From an uncultured bacterium (lineage in GTDB: Bacteria; Oederibacteriota; Muellerivitia; Muellerivitales; Muellerivitaceae): a DNA stretch of 64,000 bases. The translations under genes were made by a program, and so were the position numbers. The DNA is taken from assembly GCA_964392085.1 (NCBI GenBank), contig CAYMOV010000004.1:16808-80807 (forward strand), given 5' to 3'. How positions within the stretch are numbered: the stretch's first letter is position 1; every line of letters begins with the position of its first letter. Positions 18,209-25,720 of the stretch are shown piece after piece. Under the pieces are notes generated by a model. That model searched no databases. It saw only the letters and a program-made list of their open reading frames with translations, and was not told the DNA's origin.

Positions 18209-19768
18209 TTAGGGTTTGGCGGTCAGGAATTTCCCGATGAAGGCCGGTTTCTCGCCGTCATGGCAGGTCACGCAAGTCTTCCGGAAGGTCTTCGCGTCGG
18301 GCTTCCAGGTGTGTTTTTCGTGGCATTGGGTGCAGGTCAGCCCCAGGTCCAAATGGGCCTGGTGTTTCCCCTTGTCCTGGATGCCCACATGGCACTTCAA
18401 GCAGGTGTCCCCTTTCGATTGGGGCGACCCCAGGTGCAGAACGTGGCACTCCCCGCAGGCCACCTTCGCCATGGGAGCGGTGGCCGGATGGTCCGCCTCA
18501 TCGTGGCATTGGAAACAGGCGCTGTTGGGCGGCTGGACGCTTCGGAGGCCCTGTCGGTCGGAGCTGGGGAGGCTGTTGTGGCAGGTGTCGCAGGACAGGG
18601 TCTTGTGGGTCGTCCCCTTGAGCAAGATCGGGTGGTCCATCTCTTGGGGGGCCTTCCCGGTCCCGAAATCGGGCCGGCTGTGGCACAGGTTGCAGTCCTG
18701 GGAGATGGTCTGGCCGTCCTCGCTCACGTGTTTTCCGTCATGGCACCGGAAACAGCCGGGCCCGCCTTGGGTGTGGCCAAGGTGGTTGGGGTTGCTGTTC
18801 CAATTGGTGTTCATCTCAGGGAACTGGGTCTTGTCGAAGATCCCCATGAGTTTGTCCGGAAGGGCGTTGATCTCCTGGGTCCGGGACGCGAAGACCTTAG
18901 GAAGGTTCCGCTTATAGAAATCCGGGAACTGATCCAATTCCTTCAGCGCGTCCTCCCTTGAACCATAGATCTTGTCCAGGAACTTGGAGGCCTGGTGCTT
19001 GAAATAAGGCAGGTCGGTCGGCAGGGTGCCGTTTTCCATCCCCTTATCCAGCCAGGCTTCGGGGGCCAAGTCCACGTGGGCCACCCGGTTGTGGCAATCC
19101 ATGCAATCCATCCGGCGGAGCCGGTCCTTCTCGACCGCCAACTTGTCCGCGTCCTGGAAGCCCTCCAGCCGGAAAATGGTTTCCTTTCCGTCGCGCTTCA
19201 CCTTCACCCAGGGGATCACCAGTCGCTTCTCATCGGCGGCGGCGTAATCCACTTCCTGCTCGATATGCCAATGGATGCCGTGGCCCTCGCGCCCCTCCAC
19301 CTCGGCGCCCCCGGTCTTCATGGTGAGGTTGACCCATTGGCGGGTATTGTCCGGGTCATCGCCGAAGTGGACCTTGGTGATCTTCTTGTCCCCGTAGTAT
19401 TTTTGGGGCCAATGGCATTGCTCGCAGGTGAACCTGGCGGGACGCAAGTGCTTCACGGGACCGACGATGGGCTTCGGATAGCTGTGGGTGAGCATGGAAT
19501 AGGTTTCCCGCGAGGCCTCGATCTTCGATTGGACCAGGTGGATGACCCCCGGGCCGATATGGCAGGTCCCGCAGTCCACCTTGGCGTGGGGGGAAAAATC
19601 GTGTTCCACCCGTTCGGGCTTCATCACGTGGCAGGTGTAGCCGCAGAACTGGGTGGTTTCCACCTCATGGACGCCCTTGAGGAGCGCGAGGAACACCAAG
19701 CCCCCCAGGAGGCCGGCGGCCCCGAGTAGGACAAAAAACCTGAAACCCAGGGGTGCGATCTTTTTCAT
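18209..19768 (-). CDS. Membrane-anchored NapC/NirT-family (ImcH-like) multiheme cytochrome, 12 heme motifs
   Basis: N-terminal TM helix, FCGYTCH (CX3CH) plus 11 CXXCH, RPARFTCEQCHWP, MDCMDCHNR. ATG 19768 with GGAGG. Confidence 0.8.
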   Translation of the reverse strand: MKKIAPLGFRFFVLLGAAGLLGGLVFLALLKGVHEVETTQFCGYTCHVMKPERVEHDFSPHAKVDCGTCHIGPGVIHLVQSKIEASRETYSMLTHSYPKPIVGPVKHLRPARFTCEQCHWPQKYYGDKKITKVHFGDDPDNTRQWVNLTMKTGGAEVEGREGHGIHWHIEQEVDYAAADEKRLVIPWVKVKRDGKETIFRLEGFQDADKLAVEKDRLRRMDCMDCHNRVAHVDLAPEAWLDKGMENGTLPTDLPYFKHQASKFLDKIYGSREDALKELDQFPDFYKRNLPKVFASRTQEINALPDKLMGIFDKTQFPEMNTNWNSNPNHLGHTQGGPGCFRCHDGKHVSEDGQTISQDCNLCHSRPDFGTGKAPQEMDHPILLKGTTHKTLSCDTCHNSLPSSDRQGLRSVQPPNSACFQCHDEADHPATAPMAKVACGECHVLHLGSPQSKGDTCLKCHVGIQDKGKHQAHLDLGLTCTQCHEKHTWKPDAKTFRKTCVTCHDGEKPAFIGKFLTAKP

Positions 19769-19796
19769 GTTTCCCTCCAAACCTGCGCGCCCCGCC

Positions 19797-21437
19797 TCAG
19801 CGGGGCGTTTTTTTATCTGATCGGCGCGGTCTGCCGTGCAACCAGGACCAATTCATGGGATAGACGTCCGGATCGAATAGGACCCAGTAAAAGTGCCAAA
19901 CCGGGATCGCCAGGGACGCCAAGACGGCCTCCCAGAAGTGCACGGACAGGAAGACATCCAAGATCCACTTGGGCATGTTCCCCAGGGACCAGTTCTTGAA
20001 GAAAACAAAGGAGCCCGTCAGGCCCATCACGCCCGTTCCCCAGACCAGGGCCCAATACTCCGCTTTTTCGATATACGTGAAGTGGCGGTGGGGCGGAGGC
20101 GTTTTCCGGCGGCCGAGAACATACATCAAACGTTGTTGCAGGTCACCCAAATCGTGCATCGCGGGAAGGATCGCCTTGAATTGTCGACGGCCCCTGTCGG
20201 TGAAGGCTAGGTAGGCGATGTGGAACAGGCTGGTACCCAGCAAGACCGCGGCGGCCCCCATATGGATGCCGTGGCGCCAGGCCGCGCCGTCGGCGAACCA
20301 GCTGAAAGGGGCGGCCCACCAGGCTTTGGGCCAAGTATGGGCGAAACCCGTGTAAGCCAACGTGACGAATGAACAGGCCAAAAGCGCGTGCTGCATCCTC
20401 TCAACCCGTTCCAACCGGGTCTCCTGGTAGAAGGATTCCGGGTAAAGGCTATGGCCTGGGTGGGTTAGCTTATAGATAAAATCCAACCCGTTGTGGGTCG
20501 CCATGCCCCCGACGGTCAAGAGGATCAGCCAAAAGTACATCCATTTGATGAAGTTGATCGGGGTCTTTTGCTCCGTATCCCGGGGGTTTTCGTGCATCCG
20601 GCCCTGGATCACGCCCGCGCCGGCCCCCGGGTGGCATTTGGAACAGGTCTGGGCCAGGTTGGCCGGGTTGACCGTGGACCTCGGATCCGAGGGCGGCAGG
20701 ATGTTATGCACGCCATGACAGGAGGAACAGTTCGCGGCCTTCAATACACCCGCCTTCAACGCGACGCCGTGGAACCCTCCCTGGTAGGTCTTGGCCACGT
20801 CCGGGTTGATCTTGAATTGTCCCGCGATGGCCACGCTGGCGTGGCATTGGGAACAGGTCTCGGGGATCCGTTGGGCCGAAACCGGCGAGTCGGGGTCGTC
20901 GGGTCCCAGGAACTTATGCTCCCCATGGCACGACGTGCAGACCGGAGCCTCGGCCACCCCGTTGCGCATGGCGGTGCCGTGGACGCTTCCCAGGTAATCC
21001 TTCACCACCTGGGGATGGCACTTGCCGCAGGTTTCCGGCAGTTTGCCCCGGCTGATGGGGGACCGGTCGTCGGAGGGCGGCAAGATCGCGTGGGGCGAAC
21101 CGTGGCACCGGAGGCAGGCCTCGGGCTCCCGAACGTCCTTCCAGAAGCGCCCGTGGTGGCTGGCCCGGAAAGTGTCGGCCATGTCGGCGTGGCAGGTGGC
21201 GCATTGCACCTTCTTCCGGCCGGTCGGGTGGGGGTATTCGGTGATGCCCTCGTGGCAATCGGCGCAGGAGAGCCCCTGGTGGATGGATCGTTGGAACAAT
21301 TTGGGTTGGACGAAAGGCGCGCCCGAGGTCTTGTCCCCATGGCAGGCCAGGCAAGTGTCGTGGTCCGACCCGGCCCGGAGTGGGCTGATCGCGAGGAACA
21401 GCGTGGCGGCCAGGAGGATGCATGCGGTTCGGTTCAT
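19797..21437 (-). CDS. CbcL-like protein: 9-heme periplasmic domain fused to FdnI/HydC-type cytochrome b
   Basis: Signal peptide, 9 CXXCH, then TM helices with RMQHAL, RHGIHMG, SVHFWEA, WHFYW and YTYIEK.EYWALVWG-type motif. ATG 21437 with GGAGG. Confidence 0.8.
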   Translation of the reverse strand: MNRTACILLAATLFLAISPLRAGSDHDTCLACHGDKTSGAPFVQPKLFQRSIHQGLSCADCHEGITEYPHPTGRKKVQCATCHADMADTFRASHHGRFWKDVREPEACLRCHGSPHAILPPSDDRSPISRGKLPETCGKCHPQVVKDYLGSVHGTAMRNGVAEAPVCTSCHGEHKFLGPDDPDSPVSAQRIPETCSQCHASVAIAGQFKINPDVAKTYQGGFHGVALKAGVLKAANCSSCHGVHNILPPSDPRSTVNPANLAQTCSKCHPGAGAGVIQGRMHENPRDTEQKTPINFIKWMYFWLILLTVGGMATHNGLDFIYKLTHPGHSLYPESFYQETRLERVERMQHALLACSFVTLAYTGFAHTWPKAWWAAPFSWFADGAAWRHGIHMGAAAVLLGTSLFHIAYLAFTDRGRRQFKAILPAMHDLGDLQQRLMYVLGRRKTPPPHRHFTYIEKAEYWALVWGTGVMGLTGSFVFFKNWSLGNMPKWILDVFLSVHFWEAVLASLAIPVWHFYWVLFDPDVYPMNWSWLHGRPRRSDKKTPR

Positions 21438-21461
21438 GGGCGGCCTCCCTTTTCCCCCGGG

Positions 21462-21490
21462 ATCTTGACTGGGACCCCATCCCTTGTCAA
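21462..21490 (-). promoter_or_regulatory. Sigma70-type promoter for the cbcL-like/imcH-like pair
   Basis: TTGACA-N17-CAAGAT on the minus strand, just downstream of a terminator. Confidence 0.5.
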
Positions 21491-21510
21491 CGCGTTCATC
21501 GGACCGGCTG

Positions 21511-21554
21511 AAATAAAAGAGGCCGGCCCTGCGCGTGCGGCGCATGACCGGCCC
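21511..21554 (-). terminator. Intrinsic terminator ending mtrAB
   Basis: Minus strand GGCCGG..TGCGC-loop-GCGCA..CCGGCC followed by TCTTTTATTT. Confidence 0.6.
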
Positions 21555-21624
21555 GAGCCCCGAGCGGGGCCTGTGAACCGGGGGAGCCTCCCTGAAAGGA
21601 TCCCCCGGGGTGAGCCTTCCTTTG

Positions 21625-21765
21625 CGGGGTGCGGAAAAAGTGTTTTTGCGCCCCGCCAACAGCCACGTGGTTCGAGCGAATCGCATTAAATCCCCCGGTT
21701 TTGGGGGGATGATCCGCGAGTACGGCATGAAAAAGTCTCTTCAGTCCGACTTTTTCATCATCCTG
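21625..21765 (+). mobile_element. MITE copy 4 (141 bp), inserted at the mtrB stop codon
   Basis: TIRs CGGGGTGCGGAAAAAG / CTTTTTCATCATCCTG; flanks TTTG / TTAG (1 mismatch). Confidence 0.8.
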
Positions 21766-23946
21766 TTAGAACTTCGCCGTCACCTGCGCGCCCGCGATGC
21801 TGGCGATGTAGTTCGAGGGATGGTCGCCGAGGAACACGCCCACCAAGGCGCCGGTGACCGGGTTGGTGATGACCTGGCCCTGGAACTGGTTGGCGAAATC
21901 ATTCACCTTGTAGACTTCCAGGGTGTACGAACCGGCCAACGACCAGGTGTTGTCCAACTTGACGGTCAACTTCGCCGTGTAGTCGTCCTGGAGGGTCGTG
22001 GTGTCGGGCAAGCCGCCCTCGATCACGGTGGCGGTGCTGGCTTGGTCCGTCATGAGCACCCGGCCAAGCGAGGAGGCCCGGGTGTAGCCGAGGTTCGAGG
22101 ACAAGCCCGAGCCCAGGTCGGCGTCCATGCCGATACCGTACACGATGTAATGCTCCTCGGTGCTGGCCTTCCAATAGTGGGCCGTGTCCTGGACACCGGC
22201 GGAATCGGCCTGGAGCGCGTTGTAGAGCTCATGCTCGTACATGGCGTTCAATCCGACCTTTTCGGAAACCTGCCAGTCCCCCGTGACCGAATGCATCACG
22301 TGCTTGTCGTTCAACAGGCCGTACTGCAGGGTGGTGGTCACCGCGCCGCCCACGTCTTGGCCCGTCAAGTCGCCGTTCGGCTGGAAGTCGTCGGTCCCGT
22401 GGGTGAAACGGTAGGAAACGTTCACCGTCTTGATCGGCGACAAACGCAGGTCGCCGCCCAGGTCCTTGCGGATCCGATTGGCCTCGTCGAAGCGGCGGAG
22501 GCCCGGCATGTCACCCGAGGCCAGCCAAGCCGTGGCGTTGTATTGGCTGACTTCCCGCTGGGCTTGGGAACCGGTCAGGGCCACCTTGACCCCTTTCACC
22601 GGGGTGACGTCCACCCCGCCCTTCACCGTGCGTTCGATCGACTTCGCGAACTCGCGGTCGGTGCGGAAGACGTCCTGGTAGATGTAGCCGCCGTTCAACC
22701 CCACGACCTTCAACAGGTCGTAGCGGGCTTCCCCCTCACCGGTGTAGGTCCGGTTCCCGAAGTAAGTGGGATAGGAGTTGCCGCCTGTGGCGCTGCCGCC
22801 CGTGGCGGCCTTGCCGCCGACCGTCACGGCGTTGCTCCGGTTGTCCATCTCATAACCCCGGAAGCGGGCCACCAACTTCAGCTTTTGGATCGGCATCACG
22901 GTAACCTGGTATTGCTGGCTGAAGGTGTCCACCCGCCCGCCGAGGTTGGCGGGATTCGGCACGGCGTTGTAGCCGAAGGTGGCCGCACTGTCGGCCGTAT
23001 AGGGCAAGAACGCCGCGTTTTGGTACCAACGGCCCACGGCCACATTGGCCGTCACCCGGGTCTTGGGGATCTGGTCCAACGACACGAACAATCCGGCTTG
23101 TTGCGCCAGGTTGCTCGGCGGCTGGCTGTAGAGGCCCTGGCTCGGCTTCGAGGAAGTGGGGACGGACCACATCAGGTCGTCGAAATGGATCGAGCTGATG
23201 TTGTCCTCAAAACTTGAGACGTTGCCGTTCAGCCGAACGACGGTCTTCGCGGGCATCCATTCGATGGAAAGCCCCCCGTCCGTCGTGCGTTGGTCGATCG
23301 GCGCGGGCAACTGGTTGATCACGCTGTTTTCGTACACGCTGAGCGGGCGGGTCCCCTGGCGCATCTTGACCTGTCCGTCCACGTTCATCGTCAACTGGGG
23401 CAATACATGGTACGTCACCCGGCCCCCGCCGAGCGTGTCCCGGAACATCACCACCGAGGGCGCCGTAGCGTTCTCGGCGGTCACCAGGTTGTTGAACTGC
23501 TGGGAGGCGTTCCCCACCTGGTTGGCGGCCGCCAAACCCGGAGGCAGGGTCAACACACCCGGCGCGGTCTCGGTATAAAGGGTGTGGGCCTGGTCCCCAT
23601 AGAGGTGCTGGTAGCGCTGGTAGTTGATGTCCACCGACACCTTGTCGGTTTCACCCAACCCCAACCCCACCCCGAGGGACTCGTTGTTCTCGGTCGGGAA
23701 GGCGAAGTCGGCGCGGAGGCGCTTGTCGCCCAGGTCGGCCCCGATCCAGCCGGTGGGGCCCAGCAGGCCCCCCGGCAGGTTGTTGTACTCCTCCAGCTTG
23801 GGGTTGGAGGACGTGGAGTAAACCCCGCCCACGCCCGTGGTGATCTCCCCATCCCAGATGGAGGCCGAAAAGGCTTGGGTCGTCAAGATGAGGGCCGCCG
23901 CGGCCGCCATCAGGCCCATGATCCCGGTTTTCAACGTGGTCTTCAT
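21766..23946 (-). CDS. mtrB: MtrB/PioB/DmsF-family outer-membrane beta-barrel porin
   Basis: Signal peptide, alternating beta-strand pattern, LPAPIDQRT, GLRRFDEANR, C-terminal Phe, directly downstream of a decaheme. ATG 23946 with AAGGAG. Confidence 0.85.
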   Translation of the reverse strand: MKTTLKTGIMGLMAAAAALILTTQAFSASIWDGEITTGVGGVYSTSSNPKLEEYNNLPGGLLGPTGWIGADLGDKRLRADFAFPTENNESLGVGLGLGETDKVSVDINYQRYQHLYGDQAHTLYTETAPGVLTLPPGLAAANQVGNASQQFNNLVTAENATAPSVVMFRDTLGGGRVTYHVLPQLTMNVDGQVKMRQGTRPLSVYENSVINQLPAPIDQRTTDGGLSIEWMPAKTVVRLNGNVSSFEDNISSIHFDDLMWSVPTSSKPSQGLYSQPPSNLAQQAGLFVSLDQIPKTRVTANVAVGRWYQNAAFLPYTADSAATFGYNAVPNPANLGGRVDTFSQQYQVTVMPIQKLKLVARFRGYEMDNRSNAVTVGGKAATGGSATGGNSYPTYFGNRTYTGEGEARYDLLKVVGLNGGYIYQDVFRTDREFAKSIERTVKGGVDVTPVKGVKVALTGSQAQREVSQYNATAWLASGDMPGLRRFDEANRIRKDLGGDLRLSPIKTVNVSYRFTHGTDDFQPNGDLTGQDVGGAVTTTLQYGLLNDKHVMHSVTGDWQVSEKVGLNAMYEHELYNALQADSAGVQDTAHYWKASTEEHYIVYGIGMDADLGSGLSSNLGYTRASSLGRVLMTDQASTATVIEGGLPDTTTLQDDYTAKLTVKLDNTWSLAGSYTLEVYKVNDFANQFQGQVITNPVTGALVGVFLGDHPSNYIASIAGAQVTAKF

Positions 23947-23969
23947 GTAGTTCTCCTTGCTTGTTCCGG

Positions 23970-25007
23970 TCAACGGAAGAAGGTCTGACCGGACGGGTCG
24001 TTGCTGCCGTGGATGTTCGAGTGGCAGTTCGTGCAGCCTTGCACCATCAGCCGGGCCGCGTTCTGCGACAGCTGCGTGTTGCCGATGCCGCCGGACCACT
24101 CCGTGCTCGGGTGGCCGCTGCCGCTGTGGCAGCGCTGGCAGAGCAGGGGTTCCCGCTCGCGCAACAGGTGGTCGTTGTGGCTGCCGTGGGGATCATGGCA
24201 GTTCAGGCAGTTCTCGCGCACCGGGGCGTGCTCCCAGAGGTAGGGGCCGCGCTTGTCCGCGTGGCAGGAGTAGCAGTTCTCATTGACCGAGTCGCCCTTC
24301 AGGTTGTGGTCGATCACCCCGCCGTGCGGGTTGTGGCAGGAGGTGCAGTTGATGTCGCCTTCCCGAACCGGCATGTGGGCGGAACGCTTCATCTGGGCTT
24401 TCTTGTCCGTGTGACAGCCGTAGCAAAGCTCGGGAGGCTCGGCTTTCAGCAGGTGGGCCTTCATGGTCTTCTCGGCCTGGTGGACCTGGTGGCAGTCGAC
24501 GCACTTCACGTCCTTCAGGTCGTGAGGGCTTCCCTTCCAATGGCTCTGCATGCCGCCCCGGTGGCAGGTCAGGCAAGCCGCGTTGGCTTCGGACGCCGGG
24601 AGGTTGGTGAGGTTCTTGATGGTGTGGAACCCGGGGTTGTCCTTGTCGCCGGCGGCGGCGGCATGGAGGCTGCCGGGGCCGTGGCAGGTCTCGCAGGTCC
24701 GTTGGAATTCCACACCCTTGCGGGCGGGCATCAAACGGGCGTGGATGGATTGCTTAAAAATCCCGCCCTGTTCGTCGTGACAACCCAGGCAAGTGTCCGC
24801 CCCGACGTATTCGGCCTTGTCCATCAAGGCCTTGGTTTCTTTCGCGCTCGACGTGTCGGCGGAGGCCGCAACGGGGGTTGGGTCAGCCGTCACCGTCTTT
24901 GTCGCGGTCTCGGCGGCGCTGGCGATCGCCAACCCCCCCAAGAGCGAAATCAAGACGGCTCCGACCGTCCAGCCGAGGCGCTGGATGTCTTTCCGGCTCA
25001 GGGCCAT
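23970..25007 (-). CDS. mtrA: MtrA/DmsE/PioA/MtoA-family decaheme cytochrome c
   Basis: 10 CXXCH, YVGADTCLGCH, KRGPYLWEHAPVRENCLNCHDPHGS, CTNCHSNIHGSNDPSG. Confidence 0.92.
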   Translation of the reverse strand: MALSRKDIQRLGWTVGAVLISLLGGLAIASAAETATKTVTADPTPVAASADTSSAKETKALMDKAEYVGADTCLGCHDEQGGIFKQSIHARLMPARKGVEFQRTCETCHGPGSLHAAAAGDKDNPGFHTIKNLTNLPASEANAACLTCHRGGMQSHWKGSPHDLKDVKCVDCHQVHQAEKTMKAHLLKAEPPELCYGCHTDKKAQMKRSAHMPVREGDINCTSCHNPHGGVIDHNLKGDSVNENCYSCHADKRGPYLWEHAPVRENCLNCHDPHGSHNDHLLREREPLLCQRCHSGSGHPSTEWSGGIGNTQLSQNAARLMVQGCTNCHSNIHGSNDPSGQTFFR

Positions 25008-25041
25008 GGAAAAGCCTCCTCAAGAGTTTCCTGCGATGTGA

Positions 25042-25083
25042 AGGTTATCAATTTCTTTGCAGACGCAAGATGATACGCATCAC
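25042..25083 (-). promoter_or_regulatory. Class II Crp/Fnr-type promoter for mtrAB
   Basis: Box ATGATACGCATCAC 25070-25083; -10 TAACCT (25047-25042) at 29.5 bp. Confidence 0.7.
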
Positions 25084-25720
25084 ACAAGGCATTTTTTTGA
25101 TTCATTTTTCCATTTTATTTATTCTTGTTTAAAATCTTTAAAAATGGCCTTTTTTCGATAATCTGCCCATTATTAACCGCTTCTGCGTCACCCTTAGAAG
25201 GCCGTAAGTGAGTCCCAGATCATAAAAAAACGATATTCCGGAACATCTCGAAAAGCGTTATAAACCGGGCGATTTGGACTGTAAAGATCAAGAGCGTAAA
25301 TTCAACGACGAAATGTCCTCGAAATAAACCGACCGGTCCGTTCAGCCTTCCCAGAACCGGAACCCATGGTTTCGAAACCCAATCCCCTTGAGGCGAGTTC
25401 ATCCTCCCGGGCACCCACTAACCCGATCATCCAGGCCCCTTTCCACTATTGAGAAAAACCGCTTCAGCTTTCGACCTGAATCACCCAAACTTTTATAAGG
25501 CACTCTTGCCCTTTTTGATTTTCCAAGAATGGAGACCCACTGGAATTTAACCGAGGTGTGATTCCGGTGTTTCGCCGCATTGTTGTCTATATCATTATCC
25601 TAAACTATGATAGATAACATATCATTCAGTCCAAGTCGCCTTTATCCTCTGCTGGCTGGCGGATGCCCAAGGGGGCCATTCGCGCCCAGCCGCTGAGCAA
25701 TCACTACATGGAGGAAACGC

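Noticed and set aside
25037-25052. Second Crp/Fnr-like box TGTGA-N6-TCAAT upstream of mtrA
   Set aside because: It overlaps the predicted -10 hexamer, so it may be coincidental; at most a repression site and not counted.
25208-25720. Long AT-rich intergenic region with ATGATA-N7-TATCAT and a GC hairpin before hppA; 64-aa ORF 25220-25414
   Set aside because: No riboswitch consensus recognised, the palindrome is a single unsupported instance, and the ORF lacks an RBS and typical codon usage.
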